Below, one piece after another: positions 1 to 13,229 of a DNA stretch of 64,000 bases (position 1 is the stretch's first letter; each line of letters starts with the position of its first letter). Under the pieces are notes generated by a model that was not told the DNA's origin, did not search any database, and saw nothing but the letters and a program-made list of their open reading frames with translations. Both the position numbers and the translations under genes were made by a program. Origin of the DNA: Blepharisma stoltei ATCC 30299 (lineage: Eukaryota; Protista; Ciliophora); NCBI GenBank assembly GCA_965603825.1, contig CBFDEM010000041.1:434001-498000 (forward strand). Reading direction: 5' to 3'.

Positions 1-543
1 TCAATGCCATCATCACCTTTTATTACATCTCCAATTTCTACCCCTGATAGGACCTCAGCAAATATTTTTTATGCCCCAAATGTCAAAATAAAACAAACTT
101 TGGATTCAAGAATAAGGAAGCATATTTCAGATAAAGGAATCATTGGACACATGAGTTATAATTTTTGAAAAAATAAAATAGACAATGGAGAGAAAATGCT
201 TCCAAATGAAGAAAAATATGCAAAGCTAATTGCATCTCATTCGACAAGAGTCTTAATTGAAACAAGCCAAGATTTAAAAGTTGTGAAGTCACTTGCTCAT
301 AGAATGCAGCAACTTATAGATAGAAAACAGCAAAGAAATTTAAATGATAAAGAAAAAACAATTCAAAGTTCAGTAATCTCGAAAGAAAGGCAAAAAGCTC
401 TAACTAGGCTAGAGAGGAGAATTATAAGACTCAAAACTATAAAAATTTTGCCTGAGGCAATCCAGAATACAGCCAAAAACACAGTGAATGATGCAGCCAT
501 GATGCTTGATTTTGCAAAAAGTTCTATCAAAAGATCCCAATAG
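1..543 (+). CDS. Hypothetical protein, 5'-partial
   Basis: Frame 1 is open from base 1 through a TGA (Trp) at 166-168 into ORF 196..543; ends TAG. Confidence 0.7.
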
Positions 544-761
544 TAACTTTCAGTTCTGATGCAATCTTCAGAATATTGCTATAATTTTAAAATCTAATTT
601 ATTATAAAAATTCAATTTAATTTAAATAAATTCCAATTAATAATAGACCAATTTTTTAAATAAGTGCTGAAATATAATTTTATCTAAATTACCATGATTT
701 CAATTAATTTTAAATTTCTCAATAAATTTCTATTTAAATTCTCCTAGCTTTCAACGAGAAA

Positions 762-3096
762 ATGGCAAAATCCATGTCAATAAGTCAACCATTAGTCCCA
801 CCTCCTCAGCCACGCAAGCAAGGATGCTTCCAATCAATATTCCGTACATTATGCTGTTGTTTCGTCAAAAATAAAGTAAATTCTACACAGCTCAGCATCA
901 GAACTGAAAGGAAGAAGTTTTGGGTCAAGATCCGCGATCGACTTTCAAAGAAAAAACATTTTGACCAAGTTTATATCACACTACTTAACTTATACTCCCA
1001 CCAACTAGTAATTTCTGACCTTATCAAATGCCAAGTCAGCCCAGATTTTCGAAAGAAAAAGCGTGAAGACTTAGAATTTTATGTTCCCCAACTTTGGTAT
1101 TTTTTATACAGCAATTTATTACTTTTTGGCTTTTTGGACCAAAATGAGGAATTAATTCGAGCGGTTTTAGAATTTTGTAAAAATTCTTTTCATTTCTCTC
1201 ATAGGGTTTACTGGTTTTTAAAATCAACTGATTTCAGTTTATTAGATTTGCCGAGTGTTGACCCTGACAGGTAAAATATTATTTAGTTTAATTGAAAGTG
1301 TTGAAAAAGTCTCTCAAGATTCACAAGCAATATTTTTAGGGAGAGGAAAAGAGCTGTTTCAGCTTATGGCCAGTATGGGAATGGAACATATCTTTGACAG
1401 CTCAAGAAAAAGTTTTTCTGATATTTTAGATGAAGAGCCAGAAGATGTGGCAGTTTTAAGAGACTTGATCCGTGAGTATAATTTGAATGGAAAAGTAGAA
1501 AGTGATATCCCGAATAAAATCAACCCAAAATACATTCCTTTAAATCCATTTCCTAAAGGAAATATAGTAGACGGCTACCACTCTACCTTATGGTTCATAG
1601 AAAAACTCACACAAATTTCTATAAAAATCCTCCATACTCCAAAAAAGTCAGAAATGCTAAAAGAAGAGCTAAAAGAACTAAACCAGCTTCTTCCTGCGTG
1701 CGCTTATATTCCATTTAACACTCCAATCGCTCGAAATTGCGCAGTTTTACACATAATCGCTAACGAAGCCAGAGTTTTTACTACAAAAGAGCGAGCTCCC
1801 TATAAAATCTGTGTAGAAATTTTTCGGCCATATGAAGAATTACTTGTTTTAGAGCCCTCAAAAAGTGCCTCAACAATGGACAGAAGGTCAGCTTCAGTCC
1901 CATCAGTGCGGTCTTTTCATTTAAGCAAAACTGTTATAGAAGAAGTCAAAACTTTAAATGATACCATAGATGATGGGTTTGATGAAATTATTAAAGCAAT
2001 ACAAAAAGAGTCAAAAAATAATAGGAAACATAGAGAAACTATTGATGCCATACAGAGGCCGCCTGCATTGTCGACCCCTTCGCTTCATTATGAAAGATTA
2101 AGTATTTTTGGACAGCCTGGAGCTGGAGATTTAGAGGCGGTATATGGAGGGGATGAAGATGAAGACACAACAGGTGGTGAGGAATCAAGTAATGATAGTA
2201 AAAGAATCATTTTTAAAGAAAGTTTTAAGGAGATGGCTCAAAGAATTCGTGCAAAATCGCCGTTCGGAAAGCTGAAAACTTGGGAACTATTGCACATTAT
2301 AGTAAAAAGTGGGGATGATTTGCGCCAAGAGCAGCTAGCGATGCAGCTGATTTCGTTTTTCCAACAAACATGACGAGAAAAAAAGCTTGATTTATGACTC
2401 TATGCATATGATATCATAGCGACTGGCGAAGGCTGCGGTATTTTAGAATGTGTTCCTGACGCTATCTCAATAGATGGCCTAAAAAAAGACTTGCCAGCAG
2501 ACAGCAAAACTCTTTATCATTTCTTCGAAATGCAGTTTGGGGGAGAAAAAACAAAGCGCATGAAAAGAGCCAGAAAAGAATTCATGAAAAGCTTAGCAGG
2601 TTATAGCTTGCTGTGCTATATATTACAAATAAAAGACAGACACAATGGGAATATTTTGATTGATAGACATGGACATTTAATTCACATTGATTTTGGCTTC
2701 ATGTTTAGCAATTCCCCCGGAGGGAACATTAACTTTGAAAAAGCCCCATTTAAGCTGACTGATGAATTTGAAAGAATTTTAGGAGGGAGAAGATCCAAGC
2801 TATTTATTGAGTTTAGATCACTGTGCGTCAAAGGATTTATTGCATTAAAAGAAAAAGCTGAGCAGATTGTTCTGCTGGTAGAAATGATGAGATTTGGAAG
2901 CGGGGCAAGTTTAGGATGCTTCGTAGGAGGAGAAGAAGTGACGAGAGGACTAAGAGAAAGGCTTCTGCCTAGAGAATCAATGTCAGAAGGAGACTGTAAA
3001 GAGTATATCAATTTATTAATAGACGAAAGCTTAGACAACTGGACCACAAGGTGCTATGATAGGTTCCAGTACTGTTGCCAAAATATCTTTTACTAA
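762..3096 (+). CDS. PI4KB: Phosphatidylinositol 4-kinase type III beta; introns 1097-1111 and 1271-1286
   Basis: Motifs FYVPQL, KERAPY, VKSGDDLRQEQLAMQL, QIKDRHNGNILID, HIDFGF, FEKAPFKLT. TGAs at 2371 and 2395 give QQT-W-REKKLDL-W-LYAY, matching the two conserved Trp of PI4KB. Confidence 0.95.
1097..1111 (+). other. 15-nt spliceosomal intron (in frame, no stop)
   Basis: gtattttttatacag; removal gives FYVPQLCNLL. Confidence 0.75.
1271..1286 (+). other. 16-nt spliceosomal intron
   Basis: gtaaaatattatttag; removal joins ORF 762 to the frame of ORF 1255. Confidence 0.9.
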
Positions 3097-3135
3097 TTAA
3101 CACATATTTAATAAAATTAAGCCAATTAATGACTG

Positions 3136-4188
<1,053 letters not shown>

Positions 4189-4554
4189 TTATTGTCTCCA
4201 TATAGCACTTACAGATAAATTCAAATTTGTGAAAATTTAAGATTAAAATTATAATAAAATTTGTTAGCTTTAAAGAAAGCAATGCTTATTTGCAGCCTTA
4301 AAATCAAAACTTTGAAGTGATATTTTTATATTTCCTCGATAGACTAATATAAATCATATTTTTATTAGCCTTATTTATTAGAAATTTATTAAGCATATCA
4401 AATATAGAATTTTTGAGAAAGCCTAAAAGATTTATACTTTAAACACCCTTTCATTAATTTATATTTACTTAAATAATCATTATTTGAAAATTTCTTTCAA
4501 TTTTATTTTATATAGGCATTAATTCTAAATTCCTTAATTAAATTAATTTTGAAT

Positions 4555-7500
4555 ATGGAGTATTCATATGGATCAAGCAGCGAAGAACTCTCTGATTCTC
4601 AAGGCTTAAAAAACTTCCTTGAAGCCTCATCTTCTGAAGAAGAAAAATTTTTTAACAAGCAAAATCCTTACCTCGATTTCAAAAAAAAAGATAACTTTTT
4701 TGCAGGAGGAGGCGATCCTTATGCATTCAACATGGATTTCAGTAACATAAAAGTCCCCAGCAAAGCCCAGCCCAAGCCCCAACCTCAGCCTCAACCTCAA
4801 CCTCAAACAGCAAAAAGTGCTATAAAAACCCCTACAACCCAGGCGGGCAAAAAAGGTGTGAGCTTTGAAAAATCACGACCAAAAAGCCCTGAAGATGACG
4901 ATAGGCCAATCGATATGAAAAGCAAACAAGCCAACTCTAAATTTGAGAGCATGAAAAAAGACTTCCTCAGCATGGTTCAGTCCATCAAAAACGAAGATTC
5001 CAGTTCCCATAGCTCCAAAAGCAGCAAAAATTCAGACTCACCTGCCATGCCTACTTTAAACGTAGTAAACTGAAGCGATGTTAAAGGACAACTCAAAGTC
5101 ACTGATGAAGAAAAAGAAACCTCTCATAAAGAAATAAAGACTGAGCCTTTTCGGTTTGGAATTAACCCGCCTATTTCTTTAAACAAAAAACTTGACACTC
5201 CTACGCAAAAAAAGGAAACTTTTATATCTCCTCTGGATTCAGAGATGTCTGAATCTTATCAATCGCCAAGGTCAGATTTAAAGCAAAAAGAAGAACTTGA
5301 GAGTCAAAACTCTGATTACTTTATTAAAGATGAGCTGCAAAGCAGTGAAAGAAGCTATAAAGAAAGCAATAATACGTGGAAAAGCTATTCTGAGCATGAA
5401 GATAGTTCTAAAAAAGTTGACACACCTTTTGAAATAAGTGCGTCTCAAAGTGGACAAAAAATAGATGTGCCGATAAAGGCTACACCAATATTGAGTTATG
5501 CTCCAAAAGCTGAGCTAAATTCTACAACACCTCAACAGCTTCCCACAAATAGCCAGCCACCTTATTATGCTCCAAAAGCTGAGCTAATTTCTGCGGCACC
5601 TCAACAATTTCCCACAAATAGCCAGCCACCTGATAATACTTCAAAAGCTGAGCTAATTTCTGCGGCCCCTCAACAATTTCCCGCAAATAGCCAGCCACCT
5701 TATTATGCTCCAAAAGCTGATCTAATTTCTGCGACACCTCAACAATTTCCCACAAATAGCCAGCCACCTTATTATGCTCCAAAAGCTGAGCTAATTGCAC
5801 AAGAAAAGCCTCCTATTTATAAATATGAGCCAAACATTCCTTTAAAATCTGAAACAGACCGGCCACACTCTGCCTCCGATAGCCGTCCAAAACTCTCGCG
5901 AGAAAGAGAACTAGAAATAGAAATTATCGATTTAAGAGGCCGCGTAGAAAATTTACAGTCACAATTAAATATAAAACAAGAGCAAGTTGACCGCCTAGAA
6001 AATTTAAAGTCACAATGAGAAAAAAAGCAAGAGCAAGCTTACGACATCGATCTAAGAGGCCAAGTAGAATATTTTCAGTCACAAATAAAGATAATGCAAG
6101 AGCAATTAAACCACTTCGAAAATACCGAAGCTAGAGTAAAAGATTTAGAAGCTGAAAATGAACTATTGAAGTCGGAGTTGGGAAAAAAAGAAAAAAGTCA
6201 TGAAGAAAGGCTGAGGAATAGTGAATCCAGGGTTTCTGAAAGGATTATGAGAACGCTTAATATGAAATTTGAATATGAAAAAGATGAATTTGATAGGAAA
6301 AATAAAGAGCTAGAGATTGAGATAAATCAATATAAAATTGATGTTACCAGATGTGAAGCAGAAAATAGAGAATTGAGGTTCAAATTATCAAAATTGAGAG
6401 ATCAAGAAGTAAAAATAAAAGAATTAGAGCAGAAAATTTACACTTTAAGCCGAAAAAATACCCCAAGTGAAGTAAAAAAGCCAATAGAAAAAGATCTTCC
6501 AAAAGATGAAAAAGATCTTCTATTAAAAGAAATTGAAACACAAGAACAGCTTATAAAAGGTTACCAAAAGGAAAACGAAAGGCTTGTTGAAGAAATGAAA
6601 AAATTAAATTCTCAGATAAAAGAAGAGCAGGTAAAAATGCATCATGAAAACATGAAAGTAGACTTACTAAAAACCAACCTCATAAAAGACCACGGAGGGG
6701 TGCTAATCAAAGAAAACATTTCTGACTTTGGAACTATCAATGAATTAGCTGGTGGCACTGTAATAAATAAACAAGAATATATAGAGCTCAGAGAAAGGGC
6801 GTCTAGACTTACTCGAGAATTATTCGAAAAAGAAAAGATTTTTACTGAAAAAGAATTAGAGTATCAAGAAATTATTGAAAAATTAAGAAGATTCCAAGCT
6901 GAAGCTGAATTCAGGTTTTCTACAACACAAGAAGGATTAATTAATATTCAAGAAATAAACAAAATCCATGAAAAAGAAATCAATGATTTAAAGGAAGCGT
7001 ATGAAGAAGAAATTGGGAATCTGCAAGCAAGAATAAAATGGTATGTAGAAAATCAAGAATTTTTAGAAGGTCAGATTAAAGAAAGCAAGCCGCTTAAGCA
7101 AGATCTTCAAAATTTGCAAAGAGAATTAAATGAAAGACCAGCCACTGCTGATATGAAGAAAATGAAAAATTTAGAAGAAAAATGTAAAGGATATGAAGAA
7201 GGGCTGAAAACCAATAGTTCGATTGCTGCTATGATTCTAGCGTCAAAACCAGACCCTGAGCAGTCTGAACTAGTGATATCATTGAAGAAAAGAATTCAAG
7301 AACTAGAAGCAATGATCATGGAAAAAGAAATTGAGCAGGAAACCAGAATTAGAAACTTAAAGCAAGAATATGAATCTGTTAAACAAAAATTAGCTAAACA
7401 AAAAATACCAACAGGCAACAAGGGAAAACAAGCTGAAAGTGTTGCTAATCTAAGAATAAAAGAACTAGAAAAGCAGCTGGAAGATACAAGGGCTTATTAC

Positions 7501-8175
7501 ACAAAGAAACTACGTAATCCAGCTTCTAAACAAGAAGAAGATGTCTCCAAACTTAAAATGGAATTAAGCCAAAGGCCTTCTCCTAAAGAAGTATGGGCTG
7601 AGCCATCTCCAAATCCAGTCGACACTTTGCCTGAATTCAAAGACCTTTCTGACCGCGATGCTAAATTTTTACTTTTACAATCAAATAAGCGAATAAAAGA
7701 ACTCGAAGACCAAATCCAAACAGGAAATAAAGCAGCAACTACGAATTTCACTACAGATCATGCATTATCCCTAAAAATTAATACCCTTGAAGAAGAGCTT
7801 GAAAAACTCAACGCAAAATACGAATATTCCCGAAATGAATGTGAAAAGCTTAGACTAGACAAAGAAATGCTAGAAACTCATATAGAAAGAACGCCTGTCA
7901 TACCTGGGACTAGCGAATTTTTAAAATTGCAAAGAAAAATTGAAAACTTAGAAGACGCGCACTATAGGAGGGAGCAAGAGTTGATCAATAGGCTAAACTC
8001 AGTTTCACTGAGGTCTGAAAATGAAATTGAAGAAATAAAAAGAAAATTCCAAAATGAAAAAGCTGGATTGCAGAAATTAATAGCGAAAAAGAATAAAGAA
8101 ATTGACGAGTTCAGAATTGAGCTGGAAGAGCTGCTTTCAGAGATTGAAAGACTCAGATCAAGAAAAGCTGCTTAA
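4555..8175 (+). CDS. CEP162: Centrosomal/transition-zone coiled-coil protein, CEP162-like (about 1206 aa)
   Basis: Three ORFs join in frame via TGA at 5071 and 6016. Motifs QEQLIKGYQKENERL, RIKWYVENQEFL, LQRKIENLEDAHYRREQEL and EIDEFRIELEELL resemble the CEP162 C-terminal half (from memory). Confidence 0.75.
5497..5796 (+). repeat. 69-bp coding tandem repeat (23 aa, YAPKAELISAAPQQFPTNSQPPY), about 4.3 copies
   Basis: Near-identical units visible in both DNA and protein. Confidence 0.95.
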
Positions 8176-8212
8176 TTAATTTTCATTTTATTTTTATTTA
8201 ATTTCTGTCAAA

Positions 8213-8941
8213 CTACTCAAAAAAGTAAAGATTTGCCATCAGCATTATAGTTATGTGTCCTCCTAGTCCTATTACCCCAACCCCAATTTTTGCTACTTGG
8301 CTCATAATTTCTATTTCATTCCAATAATTCTTGACTAGCAGAATCCCTGACCATACTGCTGCAAGGCTCATTAACACCCATCTGAATACTGACGAAGGGA
8401 TTGCACACAGTAATACAGTAGGCAAAAAAATCACATAAGAGTAACCATATATTGATAAAAGTTCGAGAAATTTAACTTGGCTGCCACTATGAGACAGAAT
8501 AAAATAACAAATTGTAGGTATCAAAAAAACCAAACTGTACACCAGTGCAATTCCTGTCACCAATTTATGAGGCTCAAATGGGTTATCTGTAGAGAAATTC
8601 CCAGCTGCTGCTAATAAAAAAATTAATGTTGTAGCAGTTCAGAATGGGCAATAGAGATCAGGCAGTTTATCTTCAAAAAATGTTGAAGTCTGCCATGGCA
8701 AAATTGCTTTGCGGATTCGATAAAACACAGTAACAGAGTCTACATCAAAAAATGGTTTGAAATATTCTAATTCCCAGCATCTTGCTTTTCGAGGAGTCTG
8801 AATTTGTTGTCCTAAGTTTTGATTTTGGAATCCTTCAAACTGAGTAGGTGGAGATAGCTTTGCGGGTTCATCTCGGTCTGATTCCAGATTAATCATATCA
8901 AATCCCTTGGGCTCTTGATTGTAATCTGCTTGATTTTCCAT
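8213..8941 (-). CDS. Yip1-domain Golgi membrane protein (YIPF1/2-like)
   Basis: YFKPFFDVD; PDLYCPF-W(TGA 8639-8641)-TATTLIF; LSIYGYS; several transmembrane segments. Confidence 0.9.
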
Positions 8942-9032
8942 TTAATAATATCCTGATCTTATAATTGTTAGAAATGGTATGTCTGATTTTTTAAATAATT
9001 ATTTCTGAAAAATCTAAGAAATTGTTTAACTT

Positions 9033-9641
9033 CTAAATAGACTCGAATGGATTATTGGAAACCTCTTCAGCTGCTAAGCTATTTTCTGCAAGTCTTGGAT
9101 CACCTAATGGATACCATCCCATAAGATAAGGAATTGAATACTAAATAGCAGATACCTCAAGCAATTGCCTGGTAATATAATATTCACTAGGTGTCATAGT
9201 AAATTCTTTTTTATCAACAGGCGTATTTCCATTCAAAATTTCCAGCTTCAATGAATACCCTCCTTCAGATCTAAAAAACTTCAAAAGCTTTGTTTCATCG
9301 TTAGAATTATTATGCCTTCTCCATTCGACAGGATTATTTCCTATGGACACGTAGTCATATATATTTTCGACTTGGAGAGTGAACGTCTTTTTATTTGCTG
9401 GGTTTATTTTGGCCCTGCCTTCAGCTTGATTGAAATCTTTTGGCAAAAATTCAAGAATTATGACTCCTTTGCTTTTGAGATAAATTGTCCCTCCAGATTG
9501 TGCGAATCTTGCTTTTAATGGGACAAAGGACAATACAGAATCATCATGAAACATTTGATGATTAATGTTTACACGCTTTTCTATAGATGGAGTTGTCCAT
9601 GGGGAAGAGGCAAATCTGCGTAGTATCCTCATGTGCAGCAT
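9033..9641 (-). CDS. Whirly-like ssDNA/RNA-binding protein, probably mitochondrial; intron 9141-9155
   Basis: Transit-peptide-like start MLHMRILRRFAS; LSFVPLKARF..LKSKGVIILEFLP..KKTFTL; after splicing, SEYYITRQLLEYSIPYLMGW resembles the Whirly C-terminal ..PYLLGW motif. Confidence 0.7.
9141..9155 (-). other. 15-nt intron
   Basis: gtatctgctatttag; contains the apparent TAG stop. Confidence 0.9.
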
Positions 9642-9695
9642 ATTTTTATATGTATATTTTATGTTAGTTTATGATATTTTATAATTATTTTGTTG

Positions 9696-11180
9696 CTACC
9701 TCCGAAACCAGCCTTTTTTCCCATTTTTCAGCTCTAGATACATCATTTTGTAGTTGTCTCGATCAGTGGCTGCTTCAGCGTAGTTTATACTGGCTTGAAT
9801 GGCTACACATTCTGTCTCTTTAAGCCTATTTTGAAGTTTGAGATTTTCTTCTTCTAGTAATTTAATTTTTTGAGTTTTTCTACCCAAAGTCTCGAATTCC
9901 TTTTTCATTGACAAATTTTCTTCCTTTAATGCGTTGATTAAAGCATCTTTTTCTAAGTCTTTTTTATAGTCAAAGTGGAAAAATCTAGGGGTGTTTCCTT
10001 TCGAGCTTCGATCACTAAGCTGGCCTAATTCATCCTGTAGCGAGCTATCTTGATTGGTAGATAACCTATTAATATCAATATTATCTCTAAGTTCTCTAAT
10101 TTCGTTTTCCAGTTCAGATTTTTCTTGTATAAGTTTATGCACTCTATTTTGAAGCTCATTTTGTAAATCCTCTTTTGATTTTGTTGCTGAACTTTCTTGC
10201 TTTTCCAATTTATGCTTCATTTCTTCAATCTCTTCTTTATAGCTTAAAACAAGCTCGGTGAGTGTCCTTTTTTCTTTATCAGAAATTTCGCTTTTCTTGC
10301 TCAACTCTTCTTTTGCCTGCATCAATTTTTCATTGATTTTTTCTTTTTCTTCTGACTTTTCAGACAATGCCTGCTTTGACATTTTCAGTTGATTTTGCAA
10401 AGAATTGCATTGTCTTTCAAGATCCTGTATTTTTTCATTTGCACTTGAATATGAATCTTCACAAACGTTTGTCATTTCTGCCTCTAAATTTTGTATTGTT
10501 TTCTGGTAAGCAGAAATTTCTTTATTTAATTGAGCATTTTCTTTCTCAAGTGACTTTATTTTTTCTACTAAAGAAGCAACTCGGTTTTCTAGCTCTTCAT
10601 TCTCTTCATCAAGCTTAGTAGTTGATTTAGAATATTCTTTCTTTTTCAAGGACAGCTTTTCCTCCATCATCGATATTGAGGATTTCAAAGTTTCTATTTC
10701 ATTCTCGTAGTCGATTTTTAATTTTTCTATTTCTGAGTCTTTTTCTTTAAGAGCTTCTTCCATGTGTTGAGATTTCAGGTAAAAGTCTTTTACAAGAGAT
10801 TTTAATTTTTCATTTTCATCGGTAAGCTCTTCTGTGGTTTTTTCAGAAATTGAAGTGCGGACTTGACTTTCTGCATCAATTTGGACATCAATGTTATCTG
10901 AGGGATCTGAAGTTTCTCCTTGAAAGATTAAAAATTCATTGTTTCTGCAAGAGAGCTCGTCAACGTCGTTTATTGATACACATTTTATTGTGCCGAGGTC
11001 ACTGCTATCTATAGGGATGGGCAATGACCCACCTAAACTTCTTTGGCGCTCATAGGAGGTTCTTGGGGTGCTACCTCGAGATAATTGTGGGGCTACAAAA
11101 CTACTAGAATGAAAGGTGTTCGCTAGATCAAAGTCTTCTATTTCATCTTCTGTAACGTTTGATTTAGAATCTTCTGACAT
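9696..11180 (-). CDS. Coiled-coil protein of unknown function
   Basis: 494-aa ORF with E/K/L heptads; ends KKGWFRR. Confidence 0.85.
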   Translation of the reverse strand: MSEDSKSNVTEDEIEDFDLANTFHSSSFVAPQLSRGSTPRTSYERQRSLGGSLPIPIDSSDLGTIKCVSINDVDELSCRNNEFLIFQGETSDPSDNIDVQIDAESQVRTSISEKTTEELTDENEKLKSLVKDFYLKSQHMEEALKEKDSEIEKLKIDYENEIETLKSSISMMEEKLSLKKKEYSKSTTKLDEENEELENRVASLVEKIKSLEKENAQLNKEISAYQKTIQNLEAEMTNVCEDSYSSANEKIQDLERQCNSLQNQLKMSKQALSEKSEEKEKINEKLMQAKEELSKKSEISDKEKRTLTELVLSYKEEIEEMKHKLEKQESSATKSKEDLQNELQNRVHKLIQEKSELENEIRELRDNIDINRLSTNQDSSLQDELGQLSDRSSKGNTPRFFHFDYKKDLEKDALINALKEENLSMKKEFETLGRKTQKIKLLEEENLKLQNRLKETECVAIQASINYAEAATDRDNYKMMYLELKNGKKGWFRR

Positions 11181-11510
11181 TAAATATGATACTTAATAAT
11201 TAAAAACTCTGGAAGATTGTTGAATTTTTATAAATGAAAATTGATGAAAAAGGAGAAATTTTTTGCTTAAATGACAACATTATATAAAAAATATGAAAAT
11301 AAGCCAAGAGAAAGAGAGCGATTATCTTTTCGATTCAAAGAATTAAAAACTGATTTATTAATTCCTTCAATTATAAAAAGCTTTAATTTAGCAGTATTTT
11401 GTGCGCTATCTCTTTAAAAAATAAAAAATAATAATTTCACCAAATTTTTCACGGACTTTCAAATTAGACTCCTGTTTGTTTTTAAATTTCATCATGTCCA
11501 CAGAAATAAG

Positions 11511-12399
11511 ATGTCAAAGCTCCAAGACCTAATAGAAAGCTTCACTCAGGCTTTTTATAATGATGACTTTTCAGCGCAGATGGATCTACATAGTAGGATA
11601 GAAGACCATCTTAATAAATTCCCTGAAAGTTTAGATGGCTGTTCCTTAACATGTGAGTACAAAAAATTTTGCTCTGACTGGGATCAATATCAGCAATGCA
11701 TCGAATTTCTTGAAAGCGAGGACTGGAATAAAGTAAGGGACAAGAAAAATATAAAAATCGAAAGCCGAGGAGGTGGCAGCGATTTTTTCACTCGGTCAAG
11801 TGTTTTAGTTGAAAAAAATTTGTTCGATACATTGGCGGTTTTATCTGAAATCGATTTGGTGCCCACATGGTAATTTTTACGGTAGAGTAGATGTCATGAA
11901 AGGAGTTACAGTGGTAAGTGCACCTACTAAAACAAGAAAATTAGTGATTTACCATATGTCATTCCCATGGCCACTATCAGATAGAGAATTAGTAGTAACT
12001 TTCAACGCCCTGCCGAACCCTGAAGATAAATCGTGCACCATAGTGATGGCTACACCACAAACGAGTACTTATCTGAACTCAGAAATTCCACCTTGTGATA
12101 GAGGCAATGTAAGAATAAATGTACCAATTGGTTGCCTATATGTGAAATATTTGTCAGAAAATTTAACTAGAGTAGTGTTTGTTGTGTCTGCTAATTCAAA
12201 TATTGTATATTTTATTTAGAGGTATCTTCCACGGTGGCTTGTAAACTTTGGATCTAAGCATATAATGTATTCAATGATGGCAACATTAAGAAACAAAATA
12301 GAAAATTTCGAAGGTAGCATATACGAAAAAAGAGTGCAAGAAAAGCCAGAATATTACAACTTTCTTAGGGAAAAAATAGATATAAGCCTTCATCATTAA
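11511..12399 (+). CDS. START/SRPBCC lipid-binding domain protein; introns 11870-11885 and 12205-12219
   Basis: W-NKVRDK; EIDLVPTW; FPWPLSDRE; YLPRWLVNF after splicing; ends TAA 12397-12399. Confidence 0.85.
11870..11885 (+). other. 16-nt intron; the splice junction creates a TG|A Trp codon
   Basis: gtaatttttacggtag; restores the frame between ORFs 11511 and 11809. Confidence 0.85.
12205..12219 (+). other. 15-nt intron
   Basis: gtatattttatttag; contains the apparent TAG stop. Confidence 0.9.
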
Positions 12400-13229
12400 T
12401 CACTTATCTTTCTATAATTTTATTCACAACTAATGAAACTTAACTTTTAAATATATTCTAACCTTATTTTCATGACTCAATTTAAATTAAATAGGCTTAT
12501 TAATTTCTTTGATGTCTGATTTATCGTTTGCTTCAAAATTAGGGTTGGGCTTAGGGATTTCTATTTAATGGCCTTTTATATGTTAAATTTTGAAACTAAA
12601 AAAGGGTTTTTATTTTAAAATCAAAAATATCTAAATAAGCAACTTATTGCTCCAAAAAAATTATTAAAGCTTTTCAACAATGGAAAAGCTTATTATATTT
12701 TACAGAATTGTCAGAAATATATTTTCAAAATAATAAAAATTTTCGTAATTACTTTTATGTAGAACTTGAGCCAAAATTCTAAAAAATGTGAGATATTAGA
12801 CTTAACTTAGAAGGCTTGCAAAATTTTTAATTCGATTAAGATCTAGGGGCATGACTAAGTTGTGCTTTTAAAAAAATGAATTTAACCTAATATGGGAACG
12901 AGAAAACATGCATCAAGAATTTTTCTTGCATACAAAAAACCTTGAATTTAAGTTTATACATATTCTAAAGATTAAGGTTTTAGTATAAATTAGTTAGCGG
13001 TTTCCTACTATCAGGCTATAGCATTCTTGAATAGACTCATAAGGGTTTGTTCTGATTTGGGTGTTCATACTTTAACAGTATGGCTGGGTTCTAGAAGGAA
13101 TAGGAGGTAGAACATTAAGTGTGATCTCCATAGCTAGACTTTTAGCCTGCATAAAAAATACTATCAAATCATAATTAGAGATTAAAGAATAAAATTTTTG
13201 CAAATATAGTAAAATTGTTGGTAATAAAT

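Noticed and set aside
2371-2397. TGA as selenocysteine
   Set aside because: The positions align with conserved Trp, not Cys.
5497-5796. CRISPR-like repeat array
   Set aside because: In-frame coding tandem repeat with no unique spacers, in a eukaryotic gene.
12539-12556. Telomere-like ttagggttgggcttaggg
   Set aside because: Only two or three degenerate units, with no evidence of a breakage or telomere-addition site.
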